Positions 27,427-41,704 of a stretch of DNA of 64,000 nt are shown one piece after another. Made by a program: the position numbers and the translations under genes. Every line of letters starts with the position of its first letter. Within the stretch, counting starts at the first letter, position 1. The notes under the pieces are model-generated. The model did not search any database. It was not told the origin of the DNA and worked only from the letters and a program-made list of their open reading frames with translations. This DNA comes from Tubiluchus corallicola (Eukaryota > Animalia > Priapulida). Where the stretch lies: the NCBI GenBank assembly GCA_030141605.1, contig JAQGDQ010000038.1, positions 927,264-991,263 of the forward strand. The letters are read 5' to 3'.

Positions 27427-27876
27427 ATGTCGAACAACGTCACAGCACTAGAAACTATTCGACTTCATCCCATGGACATTGCCAATGCAGCCGTACTTTT
27501 GACAATGGCTTTGTTAACCGTGATTTTCAATATCGTTGTCCTGGTCGTCGTGCAACGAATCAAGGAGAATAGATCCACCACCGAAATTATAATCAGTCAT
27601 GTAGCTGTGGCTGACCTTCTGGTGGCTGCATTCCATATGGTAGGCAATGGATCCTCCGCTTTGTCGATGTCATTTGGCGCGGGCAACGCCACCTGTAAGT
27701 TTCTGAATTTCATGCAGGGATTTTCGTTGACCGTGTCCGCGTATATTGTGATGGTGATAGCCGTGGACAGATGTAGTTCTGTGATGAAACCCGACGGCCG
27801 CATGATGGCGCCCTTGAGAGTCAAAGCTGGACTTATTGCTTGCTGGATTATTAGCTTTATTATTTCAACCCCACGG
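27427..27876 (+). CDS. GnRH/AKH/corazonin-receptor-family class A GPCR, exon 1 (TM1-TM4)
   Basis: MSNNVT (N-glycosylation sequon), TM2 HVAVADLLV, AGNATCKFLNF, IAVDRC, TM4 WIISFIISTPR, then gtaagc donor (phase 0). Confidence 0.9.
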
Positions 27877-28077
27877 GTAAGCAATAATATGTTATAAAAT
27901 AAATGAATAATAGTGATGTACAATGTTAATAATAACAGTACTGTACTTCCAAGACCTGTTTAGCTTTCTTTTAAATAAATTTAGAGATGATGCCTGCAGT
28001 CAGTAGATACTAAAGAATTTTATCCATTAACTGAACCTGTACTTTCTTAAATTTGTGTTTAAAGCGTTTCTTCTCTC

Positions 28078-28218
<141 letters not shown>

Positions 28219-29796
28219 TTCCATTTGTGAGCAGGAATTGTGTTCCTTCGTTTTATTCAACGGTTATTAATTAGTTACTGCGTGACTGCGTAAGTTTACC
28301 AAGTTGCCATCTTTTTGATAAGAATGCTAGGCTAACACAAATTCACGACAGAGAAGATTCTAAACATATCACAGCTGTTTGCTCATCTAGGAACGTTCTG
28401 AAATTTATTTATGGCGCCAGTCCTGACGTTGTGCGCAATCCCAAGATAGCAACAACCTCAGCAATCCTAGACATCAAATTTACAGCGACAGTCGTTGTTT
28501 ATGAATTATTATTGCCCAAATTACAAATTTGTTATTAGTTAAAAAGAAGCATTTTAAAATCGTTAATTAACAAACAACTAGGCCCTTACTAGTTAGCTGT
28601 GCTATGCGTTTTTTCATAAAGTAATGATTTTTTTAAAAATAAAGTAAAGCTAATGATAATTTGCTCAGAAACACACAAGAAACTACTCTATCCTTCGCAG
28701 AATGACAATATATATATATATATTGGAATTCTTCAACAATCTTTGACCCCGTACGATCATATAAATACCTTGAAGAACACCTTAAAATATCAAATCTTTT
28801 CCTTATACACACTAGATCGTTAAGGTGTGTATATGTCAAATCAACGTACAATAGAAAGGTGTGAATTTAAGTAAACTGAAAGTTATAAGGGTTACTGAAA
28901 AATCGCCGCATATATCGTGTATTGTTTCACAACCAGCTAAAAATAATTAACAAGATGTGGTGTACGTGCCACTACAAGCAGGCACTTGCTCCAGAACAAA
29001 ACAACCTCTGGTAATCAACATGTTATTTTTATCGAGCGCAAACGATGTTTCTGATAACTTCACTTTCAGTGCTAAAAATTAACGTAAAAAATTAATTAGA
29101 GCATTTATCACAATCACCTGCACTCATATAACATGTTGCTATCCAGAAGCTGGTTCTTTTACATTTTTGATGGATCTCTGACGATTTATCTCTGATCTGG
29201 GAAGAAGCCATTGCTATATATGGCTTCACAGTGGCTGCTTGATAAATTTACATTCAAAACACCTGCAAGTTATTCCTAGGCGCAGTCGTTTACATGCTGT
29301 TATACAACATCCTGGTGATTTATGTTTGGACTTCAATTACAAATATCGTCTGTACAAGTAGTCCTAATAGACAAGTTATTGGAAAACTAAATTCTGCTGG
29401 TACATGCGTGCTGGGAGGGCTTATGTATGTTTTATTGATCTTAATTAATATTAAGAATCTTTCTATTCGCTAATATTTATATTATTTAAAATCACAGGCG
29501 AGCACTGGAAATACTGAGTTTAGTTAGTAATTACAAAGGATAAACTTGGACTGAACGGAACACAGTGGCATAGTGGTCTGAGGCGTTGTTCAAACGCCGT
29601 TTGCATTCATACTTTTCACAGTTTTGTCTTTCAAGTTAATTACGCGCGAAATTTCTGATTCAAAATTAATCGAATTAAAAACTGGATCTAATTAATTTAA
29701 TTTAGTGTGAGCGATCTAATATTGGAAATGCTGAAATTGGTTAACCAGCTATAAGCAATGAACATTAAACTGGCTTGATCGCTGCTGGGAAATATG

Positions 29797-29910
29797 ACAG
29801 TCTAGTGGTCTAAGTCATCGATATTGTAAGCACAAGCTCCATGGTTTTAGTCTAGGTTGTATTCCAACTTTTTCACATTTCTTGTCATTCATCTTTGCGA
29901 GATTTAATTC
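29797..29910 (+). mobile_element. Degenerate tRNA-derived SINE; related copies at about 29562-29640 (+) and 39050-39155 (-)
   Basis: A-box-like TCTAGTGGTCTAAG followed by a TGTATTCCAA..TTTTCACATTTC tail shared with the minus-strand copy. Confidence 0.45.
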
Positions 29911-32900
29911 ATTTCAAAATTTGATTTAATTAATTGTGAAGTTATAACATCGTTAATAATGTTATTTACATTATTATTATAATAACTTAATTGCAACCAA
30001 CCTTTTTATGGACCAGAATAAATTTCAAATATTAGATTTTGTAAACCTGTGTGATTTTGGTTAGCATCTTATAATTTCTAGTTCTTAGTACTTAATTCAA
30101 ATTTGTTTTTACCCAAAACTAGCTACAGAAATTTTAAACGTTTAATTTTTCAAAGCCGGTGTGACTTCATTACCTTTTATATGTCTTCTAGTTTTTACCG
30201 CTGAATATTATTAACAGCATTTGTGATACATGTACTTATATTTATCTGTAGATTTTTTTGTGTATTTAGTACAAAACTATTTGTGTGTTTTTATGTTATT
30301 GTTTAAACAAGTTCAGACTTCTAACTTAATCAGTTTCTACTAATCAGATTTGACCATAGTGTCAGTAAATCAGTTTCGCAATGTTTCTTGTCTATCCAAT
30401 TAGAAAACAAATCTCTTTTCCATTTCACTCTAAATCTTTTATTCTAATAAATACCAAGATGTGCTTGCGGAATAGAACGATACTGGAGTTACCAGCACTC
30501 TATACATCAATTATTCATTTATTTATTTATTTGCTGAATTACTGTCGTACACATAGTACAATTCCTAATTAGAATAGACGACGTATAAAAAGATTAAAAG
30601 AGATAAAATACAATATTAAAAAACATGCACGGACTACATTTTTCGAGATCTAATTATAAAAGTGTCACAGGCATACTTTGGTTTCGTAGGAGAAAGGTGG
30701 GTTTTGTGGGAAAACTATGATGTTTCACTGCTTCATTATTCCGATATTTCGTTTTGTGCAGATTTATCTATTTTTGACAAAATTGAACGGAAAGCAAACT
30801 ACCGTAAATAATTTTTACATCAACTTCTAGTACTGGTGTTTCTCAACCAGATTGCTGTGTTTTTACCAGCAACTGTGTTACTTGCTGCGATGAAATCAGA
30901 ACGCCACTTAGCAGAACTTCATGGTTTTAACAGACGTTATTAGACATTATCGTAAGTGCGAAGAAGCCCAACAGGCTGGTAATTAATGCGCTTAATTTTG
31001 TGACTCGAAGAGAAAAATTCATGGAACGGCAAAAACTAGGACCACGACGTACAGCAGTTTTTCAAAACAAAGACATTGTTGTAAAATAAAGGCAGATAAT
31101 CAATTTTTTAATAAACGCGCTTCATTTCACATACAAAAAACCGACATCAGTACAGTAAACAATTCATAAACACAATTAACCAAACGAAATAAGCCTCCAC
31201 AAATAGGGAACAGTTTGTTCTTAAAAGTAGTTGATTAAAAACAATGTATAGTTTATAATAAACACAAACATATTATAGTACGGGATAAGTAATTTACTTA
31301 AATCATAGCAAACTTCATTTATACTTTTGTATGGCATATAACTAATCTATGACTTCTCTCATTGGTTTAACAATTTATATAGAATAGAATAGAAATTTAT
31401 TTTTTACATGGATGTACATCAAAATTGATACAAAACAATTTTCCGTGATGGTCCATGCATGGTTAGTACGTTAAATAGATAATTTCAAATAAATAAAATC
31501 AAACAAATAAAAATTACATATTATAGCATATTTTAAATGAAATGAAATTTACTTAAAAGCCTAAGCATTAAAAATGAGAAATTTTAAATTGCTAATAAGT
31601 GTCATAAAGTTAAAATTTAGAAAATTCATAAAGAAAAGATTGAAAAATTAAAAAGCTAAAAGTTAAAAACAGTTAAAAGTTATTTACTAATACAGCAAAA
31701 CTAAATTGATAAAACTACATTTTGGATTAAAAGTATGTGTACTAAGAATTAAAAGTTTCAGTACTAATCAAAGTGACACCCGATTAAGAACAATTAAATG
31801 CTTAAAATTATCATTGCTAAACAGTGATTATAAATGAACCTGCACAGCGTCAATTATAAGATGATTAATGAATAATGTTAATATTTTGACTTCGAGCGAG
31901 TTCTAAGAGGATAATAAGTTAATTCAGCATAATACGAAATGTGTTAAACTCAGATGTCCTATTGGGAAGCTGAATTTTGCCGCCGCACCTAACTTTCACA
32001 TTTTAGGAGACACAGTGCTGAACATTCTTTAAATACAACAGTAATATAAATCGCCCATCTAGCTCAGATAATTAATTTCTCTTCCTGGATCTAGTTACAA
32101 ACTCGTGTGCTGTAATTGGCTATTTCAAATTCCCCTGTGTAAAAGCTGTAAGTGACGCAATTGAGTTCAGTGGTTGCTAGTGAATGCTTGCATCAAGGGG
32201 CCAGACTTATTCCTAAGATCTTCATTATTTTCTTCCTAAAATTTATTAAGAAAGACCGCAGAGTTAAGAGGTTTTTATCGAGCTTTTTAGGTTGGAAAAA
32301 GTCTGTTAAAATCAGACATGTTGCACAAAAACTCCTTATTTTGAAACCAAGACATTTAAATAGCAACCGCCGTCATTGTCTATCGCATTGGGCATGAAAA
32401 TTAAAAGTTCAAAATACACCGTTTATGATTTAAAAGCAGTAATTACAAATGGCTGCGACATTCCAATCATAAGAAGAAACAGTAGTTCATTAGTCAAGTT
32501 TTTGAACATTCGTAGAATAGTTAGATAGCTAGAACAGTCACGATGTCACGTGAACTGTGACATCTAAGATATTTGCAATAAAAAACATTAATATGGCTTC
32601 TTATGAGACCTGAGATCGTTAGGGGCCCCAAATATATTATATATTTCTAATGTGCATTTTACTTCAAATGATTTTTTTGTATTTTCGGTTTATTTGAGAA
32701 AAAAACAGCAAAATTGATATTTATTTTCGTTCATTTTTTTGTTTATATGGAACAGCGTCTTTCACAGTTACTCACCACGTTGATGTTTAAGTTTCCTTGA
32801 ACTTAATTGACTAACGATCTGCATGTCGTGGTAAATTTTCATTCAGCAATTGAAAATATATAACGTGTGAGAAGGAATTTGCAATTCCCCCCACAATTCA

Positions 32901-34636
32901 GTACCCTAACCTAAAACCCTGACACTAGCCCTAACCGAAATCTTAATCCACTTCACGAACTAATTTCTTGTGTGTGGGAAATTGTAAACTTTAACCAGTG
33001 TACGTAACACTATTAGGTAATGGATGATCGGGAAGTCACAAGATGGCTTCAAGTTGACCTATACTTCCTAGCACCTACCAGCACAAGCTCTGGCCAATGG
33101 AAACTTCTGTCTAGCTGCCAGTTGACTAACTCCATAGCCATCCAGAGGAGAGACCGAAATTTCTAATAAAATTTTTGCTTTGCGGACTTGAGCTATTAAA
33201 CAGGAGACAAGAAGACACGCGAACCTAAGCCACGAGAGGAATACTCTCGTAGTATCTCAAAGCTATGTGATTAGTTATAGATAAACCCAATTCCCAACTC
33301 CCAAGTCGCATTTTAAGTTCTGTCGACGAATCCAGACATAGCTAGACTGCACAGCGTTGCAAAAGGTTTAGTTTTCCTGACTTATTGGCTGTGACATCAC
33401 GTTAAATTTCCGCTTAATCCGCCTTAACAATGCAGAACGGATCAGAAAAACCGTGAAACAGTGGCAAGAGGAAATGAGGCGTTAATTGCTTATTGCGTGT
33501 GAACTGCGTCTCCTCAGCGTACAAAATCATGCATCCTGAAATTCTGCAAAACGCATTCAATATTTTCAAGATTTATGATTGCCTCTTGCATAGCAACAGA
33601 GCGTTAAAGTGAAATAATATCTACACGCAAAGCACCCATTTCATTACAAACTTATGCATTGCCCATATTTTACTTCCTTACGCGGACGCTAAGTCGACTT
33701 TATTTATTTGAAATGCTTGCCTGACTGAAGCCAGCTAACTTTAAGTTAACCGAAATTGGATTAGCAGAAGAACTTTACTCTAGAGCCTCTTCTTTGTATT
33801 GAGTAGTGGATTAAAAATATATGTATAAGTATAATTTAAAGTATAATTATACATATTACATAATTATACATATACTGCATAAGTATTATTTAAACTTTAA
33901 TTTCGTTAAACGTCAACACCACACACAAACAACAACAAAATACAAACTGCAAATCATACAATCTACAACGGCACACACATACAAAGTGCAAGTAGAACTA
34001 GATGCTACAAATCGTATGTCCATTGTATGTATATATGGTTGTATGTCAGTTGTATGTATGTATGTTTGTATGTCGATTGTTTGTATGTATAATTGTATGT
34101 CGAACGGCAATATTTTGTTGTTCTTTTGACCTATTCGCCACATAATATAAAAAACATTTAATATTTCAAATCCACAGCCAGTCAGCAATAAGTCCTGAAA
34201 ATCAAAGGAGTTAATACAGAGTGTTAACGGAAAAACAGAGACAAATATAATTAATAAGTTTATGTACCTATAGAAGTATGTCCATATTAATATACTACGG
34301 GAAATACCTAGACCATATCCTATACCTATACCTATACCTACCTGCAGTAAGAGCTGCTAATGTGTTTAATGTATGTAATATGCCTGCTAGGATATCATTC
34401 TTATATAAAACTGTATTCTACAATGTAATATTGTAAATTTTCAAAATGTCTAAAGCTTACAAAAGTTATTGTGTAAAAGTGTTTTACAAATGCCTGCTTT
34501 AAAGCCAGGTGTCATTTATCAGATGAACCGGTAAGCAAAGAAAATGAGATTGGTCGTTCCAAAATAATGTTTGACCTTTAACTGGGCCACATTAAATGTT
34601 CACTAAATTCATCGTGGTCGTCGTTATTATTATTAA

Positions 34637-34637
34637 T

Positions 34638-34671
<34 letters not shown>

Positions 34672-34688
34672 CCACCATCATCATCATC

Positions 34689-34720
<32 letters not shown>
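34637..34720. repeat. (ATC)n microsatellite
   Basis: Direct reading. Confidence 0.95.
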
Positions 34721-35739
34721 AACATTTTTTGGTCTTATCAAGTGCAAGTCCCGCGTGTCTTGTAGCTACTGTCATTTTAATTAACAGATACTGAAAGTAT
34801 TATATGAAGATGCATCTGTCTTTCTTAACCTAATTGAGAATTTGCAGGCATCCCAATTTTCTGGTTGTTAGCATAAACAACACGTAACAGCGCTGTTTCC
34901 TCTGAGCAGCAGAGCAACATTACATAGTAATTTGTGGCATTACAAAGTTATCATTATCTAAGATTACCTCTGGTTAGGAAAGGTGTCTCTACGTCAGTAG
35001 GCCTATATGGCAAGCTTACATTAAAGATCTTTGCGTCTCATCAAGAAAACATATAATATGGCTTCTCCCATTAAGCTTAGTCTCCTGTATGCAGCAGACT
35101 GAAGACGACGGGGCGCTGACATACTTCAGGAATCATTCAATTTTTGGTTGCCAGGTTTTGTCATTGAGCAAAAAATTTCGAGTGTGTCATGAGCACAAAA
35201 CTTTTGTTGCCATTTTCCTGAGTATATGCGTGAGTGCACGTGCGTGCCTGCTTGTGCGAGTGCGTGTATGTGTGTATGTGTGTATATAAGTCCCTGGAAA
35301 ATGCTATAATCTTTTCTTTAAGCCGTGAGTATGCAACAACAAAATCAATGAAAAGATTTTATAACACATTGTAGGTTTTTTAAGTAGCTGGGTCTAAAAA
35401 ACCCATGAACACCTCAGCACCCTCAGTGAATTATACGTTTTTTCACATGTTTTATTGAGTCTTTATAGATTTTATCCAGTTGCTGTGGTACAAAATGACA
35501 CAACAGTAAGTACCTGCTTGTGTCAATCCTGTTATAGCTTCGTTCAATAGATACGTAGACTGAAATTGAAAGTATATGTTAAAAGGAAAAACGTAACCCA
35601 ATTTTAAACTATAGCTCAAAACAATCTACCCCATAAATAAAAGTATGACTTACGTATAAGAATTATCACCAGAGAATGGTAGTTTCGCGTTCTCTAGTAA
35701 AACTATACTAGAATCTGAATTGCACATTTGCTTCGAATC

Positions 35740-36240
35740 TAACTATGGACAAACACGTGAGCAGCGGACCAGCTTATTCATGCTTTTGTAACTTCACGTC
35801 TTGATTACTGCAATTCACCTGTCTATGGATATCAGATTGCTACATTCAGAAACTTCAGAGTCCAAAATGCTTCAACTCATAACCCATAGCAAGAAATTCT
35901 GTCATATAACCCCCACTCTTATTGGAACTACAATGGCTTTCAGTCCATCAAAGAATTAAATTTAAAATTTTACTTCTTACCTACAAATGTATGAATGGAC
36001 AAGCTCCTAGTTATTTGTCTGAGCTTTTACAAACGTGTACACCATCCCGCCGACTAAGATGAGCTGATACTAATACTTTAGTACAACTTAGAACTAGTCT
36101 TGTTTCAGCTGCAGATAGACCTTTTTCCAATGCTGCCACTACTTTATGAAATGCACTTTTAGATGAGGTCAAAAACTCTAGAAGTATTGCAATTTTAAAC
36201 GTTAGATCAAAACAATTTTATTCTTAGAAGCTTTTTAACT
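35740..36240 (+). mobile_element. L2-clade LINE 3' fragment in GPCR intron 1
   Basis: Translates, with frameshifts, to QLIHAFVTSRLDYCNS...QKLQ...HITP...LQWLSVHQRIKFKILLLTYKCMNGQAPSYLSELL, the characteristic L2 ORF2 C-terminus. Confidence 0.9.
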
Positions 36241-36413
36241 TGTGTCTGTTATTTTATTTTGTGTCTGTATAACGTAATACAGTTAGTCTTTTAAGCTTAT
36301 ACGCAAACTGTGCTCTTTAAAATATTGTTCGCAGATTTCTTGTGAATTTTAAATGTTTTACCGCAAAAGAGTATTTTATTATGGATTTTCGACATTGAGC
36401 TGTACAGCTGTAC

Positions 36414-36775
36414 AAAAGCAGGTGCTGTACCTTTCAGTTTAGAAGTGTTCAGTTGAGACGTACTGCAAACGTTCAAGAATTCATGCGTGTTCGCTAAACT
36501 TCAAATTTAAATATTTATTACTTTAAACTTAAAATTTGCAGAGTTTTTGTATATTACGCTGTGCGTTGTTCAGTAGCACTGTACTTCAATTTTTGTTTTT
36601 GCATACGCGCTCGTGAAATGCTTGTGCTGTTGGAAATTACGTTCATTTGTAATGTCATCATTAGCTGGGGTCCTCGGTCGTTAATTGATCTTTTCACTTA
36701 TTATTTAATTATCAGAAACATTTTGGCATTATTGTAGGTATTAGAATGTACACTTTTACCGTACTTCAAAATGGG
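36414..36775. repeat. Diverged direct repeat, copy 1 (copy 2 at 38511-38869)
   Basis: Colinear anchors GTGCTGTACCT.TCAGTT, TTTAAACTTAAAATTTGC.GAGTTTT, TTGTGCTGTTG, CGTTAATT, TGGCATTATTGTAG, CCGTACT.CAAAATGGG. Confidence 0.85.
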
Positions 36776-38510
36776 ATGTGCATCATCCTGTTTTCCTTGA
36801 ATTGATGGTGCTAATAATCACTGCACGGCTTACTTATGCAGAAAACGTCCAAATGTGTAGAACCAAGCGCAGTTATAGGTTTCAGTTTTAAAACTGAAAA
36901 TAACTCGTCAGATAACTAATCCATTGTGATCCAGGCTAGTTGTCTTACGGAACAGGTGCTGAGATGGAATACGCCTCTGCCCGTCAATCCACTAAACCGA
37001 CGAGGCATTCCATAACGACAGTTTTTTATAACTGGGACTATTACAAAGCGATGTCGTTAAGTTAATGACGGCTTTGTGGAACTGTGCCCTCGTATCCAAC
37101 GCCACTATGTAATGGATTCGTACAGGTGAAACCATCACAATGTAGAGGGGGATGAAAAAATGGTACTTCGCCCGCTTAGCAATATTTTAAATCTAGAACG
37201 ATTATAAGCAGCAATGCAGAACAAATTACTGAACTTGTAGTTATTATGCAAGGATTAATGAGATGAGACAATAAGCATTTCGCAGCTGTGTCTGACTAAT
37301 GGAAAGATTACAGTAGAGTGAGGTAGTATGTTAATGAATGTAATATGTCACTCTCGTCCACTAGCTGCATTTTTTGAAAATTTGTAAATTTGTTCATTAT
37401 TGTTTGTTTGGTCATATAATATATACAGCACAATTAGATACATACTCAATTTTACTTTGAAAAATAATTATAGTGAACTACAGGCGATAACTCGCCATCA
37501 CCAGAATGGTCCGATACCAACAGATGCGGAGGCCAAACGGTCTATAACTTTTCTGATTTCCACCCATGAAATAATAGAGTGATGAGTAAGAAAAGACCTA
37601 CCTAGCAAAACTGCGAATTTTACATAACGTAGATTCCAAATACAATGAAATTTGCACCGTCGAGGATTAAACTGACTGGACCAACAAAGAGCAGCAGCGG
37701 TCGAGTTTATCCTGGCGAGGAGTATAATTTGGTTTCATCAGATTTAGCGCGAAAGGGGTGTTCAGCAGGTCTACTGATGCAAGGCAAACTTTTGAGAGCA
37801 CAAAAATATTGCAAGAGTTAAACCCGACAAAAAAAATTGTAAAAACCCATTTTATGTATGAATAATGTCATTACATCATATTACATGATGCAACATCACT
37901 TATTAGATCACATCTTAGAGGTAGAGTTTTAATTTCTAGCAATGTTATTGTGAGTGATATTGTAAATAGCGACTGTTTGTTTTATTCAAAACTACATGAC
38001 AAATGGTTAAATCCACTCTTTGTAAATGTTATGTAGATGGTATTTTTTGTAATTAGTGTATTGTATACTAACTGTTATTGTAGTGTATTATATTGTCTTG
38101 TTGTTATACTAATTGTTGTTATATGAACAACGTTTGCAATAAAAGTTTTACTACTACTACTTACTACTATTGCCTCCATTAAACGCATTATATACAGACT
38201 GCTGGTTTGTCAGTAACGACAGCAGTACATACACTATAAAAATACAAAATTTCAGTGACTAAAGGCATATATAAAGCAGAAACAGAATTTGAGTTTATTT
38301 ATTTATTTATTTATAGTCAGCTTAGACCATAGCTCAAAACAATTTGCCCTATAAAATATTGAAAAGAAACATACCATTTTTCAAAAATGACTTACGTGAA
38401 TTATTACTTCAGAAACCTAATTTTCGTGGCTAGATAGTCGTTGTTACATACATTTCGCCATTCGTTAATTAAATGGCCATTACGGCCTGCATCTCTGAAA
38501 TTCTTCCATA

Positions 38511-38869
38511 AAAACAAGTGCTGTACCTCTCAGTTCAGATGTCTTCAGTTGTGACGCAGTGCACAGGGTCGAGAGCTCATGCATGACCACAGTGGTAAAC
38601 TTGAAATTTGAATTTTAAACTTAAAATTTGCCGAGTTTTTTAATATCACACTAAATGTTGTACAGTGGCACTATACTTCCATTTTCACTTTAGCAAACAC
38701 GTGGAACACGCTAGAGGAATGTTTGTGCTGTTGAAAGTTATGTTCAGTTATGACGTTATCACTAGTTAGGCTCGCCCGCCGTTAATTAGCCTATTACTTA
38801 ATTACCAGAAACGTTATGGCATTATTGTAGATGTAGAAATGTATACTTTTCACCGTACTCCAAAATGGG
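38511..38869. repeat. Diverged direct repeat, copy 2
   Basis: Colinear with 36414-36775. Confidence 0.85.
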
Positions 38870-39558
38870 TAGGATATAAAAAATCACTCTGTTTTCTTTT
38901 AAGCAACTTCTACGCCATTTAACAGGTTCGCAGCTACATTGATTCTCGTAGCTGCCCATAAAATTAGTAAAGATACTTTAATTATTATAATCTTAAAGTC
39001 CAGATTATTATTAGTGGCGGTGCAAACTCACAATTAATTTAATTTTGGCATCAAATTTGCAAGACAGGAAATGTGAAAATATTGGAATACAGAGAGCATT
39101 TGAATCAGAGCCTTGAGTTTACCAGCCATACGTGTTAGATCACTAGATCAACGCATTCCCCCGTGGTCAAGATAATTCAAAGTTCATCCATTATGGTATA
39201 TAGGGATGAATTTAGATAAAATAAAAATGGACGATGCTCATCTTTTATAGATTATAGGCCAACCAAGCTTAATTGTTCTATTCGTTATGACAGATCTTCC
39301 AACCATTTCTCTTCCAGGTAATGGCTGTATCACAGCACAGACTTGTTGTGTCCTTATAATGAATTTACAATTATATATCAGAAATCTGAAAATAGCAATG
39401 CAACTAACAGGCTTTGCAAACCCATTAAGCTCATCAAGACAGGGCAGCTGTATTCACATGTTACACATGCTTTTATAATATCTCAGAGGTTTTAATAATA
39501 TTTATATTTGCCTGTCAAAGTTGACAATTAGTTTTTACTCTTTTGTTTGACTTTCCAG

Positions 39559-39769
39559 TTCGTCTTATATGAGGTGGTTTCATATCAAGGAAGAAAATTG
39601 TGCTATCTGACTCCAGGCAGTTATACAGCAGCTTGGCAAGCGCTCTTGTACTCTGTGGGCAGCATAATGGTTTTGTTTCTGATACCGGCTGTAGTCATCA
39701 TCATCTGTTATGCTCTTATTATTTACATCGTGCTTGTCAGGTCGCCTACTCGTGCCAACACGGCAGAAG
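39559..39769 (+). CDS. GnRH-receptor-family GPCR exon 2 (ECL2, TM5)
   Basis: ctttccag acceptor, phase 0; FVLYEVVSYQGRKLCY...LFLIPAVVIIICYALI; g|gtaata donor (phase 1). Confidence 0.9.
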
Positions 39770-40889
39770 GTAATAATAGCGCTTTTTTGTATTTTAGAAA
39801 GTCAGTCTTTAAGTCTGACAAACTTTTAAAAGCTTCAATTTCAGTTTTAATGTGTGAATACGTGCTCAGATTTTCCAGTGATACCTTCTCCAATTAATTA
39901 GCTGTTTTAAGTAAGCGCGATGTCTTTCTTAACGTACGTGCGTGCGTACGCGTGTGGGTGTGGGTGCGTGAGTGTATGTGCTTGTGTGTGTGTGTGTGTA
40001 TGTGCGCGCGTGTGCATGTGTAGGTAAATCTGTTTGTTCTGCTTACAGCCTAGGCGATCTATCTATTTTAACCTTTGACATTTTGACTCACGTTCACCTA
40101 TGTGTATATCTACAACCAACAAAGAGGACTATATAACACACTAGTATGTTAATATTTCAAAAAGATTCTTTCTTAATGCGTTCAAATGGATGGACAGGCG
40201 GATGGACTCACAGACACACAGGCAAGAATTCATGCAGAAGCAGAGAAAGAAACAGCCAAGCAAGCAAATAAGTAGACAGACAGAAAACTGAGCCACCCAA
40301 CGCTTATTAGCTACAGACAACCATTTGAAATCTTTCCTTTTGTTGTGACTGAATGCAACCTTCGCTTTCAAGATACGATTCACAAGTGTTTGGAAGTCTG
40401 TTCTTCAATCTTGACTCGCAGAGGACAATTTATCCGGCTTCGCCTGCATTCGTGTTTTTCAAAAGCTGTTGTTCTGATAAATTACATTTCAAGTTGCGTG
40501 TTATTAACCTGACACTACTAAAATAATTGCAAATGAGATAAACTCAAAATGAATTTCAGTATTTCGTGTTCGGAACACATCACAAGTGAGAGCTGAGCTC
40601 AAGTATCAGAGCAAATTTAATATCAAGAGTATGTGATTTGAATTTTGTCTTTAATGTGTAATTTTGGCTGTCGTAGTGTACGCCAATAGTCAAAATGAAA
40701 ATCACTGTTGACATTAATGTTAAATTAATTGGTTTTATTAATTTCCTTACGCACTTTTACTTTGAACGTCACGCGCAGAGGATTCAAAGTAATGTATAGA
40801 TGACAAAGTGGGCTGAATTAGAAACCTTGTCAACGCCTACCGAACTAAAGAAACAGTCATCTAGTTTGATAAATGACTTTTGTTTAATG

Positions 40890-41000
40890 TATGAACGAAT
40901 GAATGAATGAATGAATGAATGAACGGACAAATGAATGAGTGCACGAACGAACGAATGAATAAATGAATGAACAAAAGAACGAATGAATGAACAAACGAAT
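40890..41000. repeat. (GAAT/GAAC)n tetranucleotide repeat
   Basis: Direct reading. Confidence 0.85.
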
Positions 41001-41093
41001 TAAAAAATGACTTGTTTTCAATGGAGGATGGAGAATTGGTGTCAATTAGCGGATACTGTCGGAAAGTAGCAGCAAGTTTTGCTCTCTGGTCAG

Positions 41094-41173
41094 AAGTTAC
41101 TTGGCGAGAAAACTCGCTAGTCTGAACACGCTTGCAAGTTACTTCACGAGAAAACTCGCTAGCCTGAACGCGC
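41094..41173. repeat. Two tandem 42-bp repeats, possibly one end of a DNA transposon
   Basis: AAGTTACTT..CGAGAAAACTCGCTAG.CTGAAC.CGC at 41094 and 41136. Confidence 0.7.
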
Positions 41174-41288
41174 AATATATTTTACTTAGTTGTACTTGTA
41201 GGTAGAAATAGAGAGATAACAGAAGAAAATAAAATTATTTTTATATTTTACTGCTATTTTTAATTTTTATTTTGCATTTGCTTCACAG

Positions 41289-41704
41289 AGAAGGAGCTGA
41301 CATCTAGCGCCGATTGCGAAACACAGAGAAAACGCACCCATCTCAACGTTAGAAACAAAAACTCTGCGTTGATGATGACAGCAGCTATTGCATCCGCGTT
41401 CGTCTACTGCTGGTTACCTTACTACCTGGTCATGATAGGTTACGTGTTCCAGTACATCTTTGCCAACGACGATCTCTTCCGTAACTGGAGCTACAACTTC
41501 GGGCTGTCGGAATCACTGTTGAATCCTGTCATATACCTGTTATTCCACTTGATCAACAGCCGGCGGAAAAGGCGACAGGGGTCAGAATTAGCAAATGACT
41601 GTCATCAGACACATGGGGTTAGCTCTGTACGGCTGCATAATCTCGGTAGGCCTAACGGTAATCCTGAAACTCAGCAATTAACTGAAGAAACATCCAGAAT
41701 GTAG
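41289..41704 (+). CDS. GnRH-receptor-family GPCR exon 3 (TM6-TM7, tail); spliced protein 358 aa
   Basis: Long pyrimidine tract and cacag acceptor, phase-compatible; MTAAIASAFVYCWLPYY, SESLLNPVIY; 450+211+416 = 1077 nt. Confidence 0.9.

Noticed and set aside
38850-38870. Minus-strand PILEYG resembling a CR1 C-terminal motif
   Set aside because: Only six residues, with no further recognisable LINE similarity alongside.
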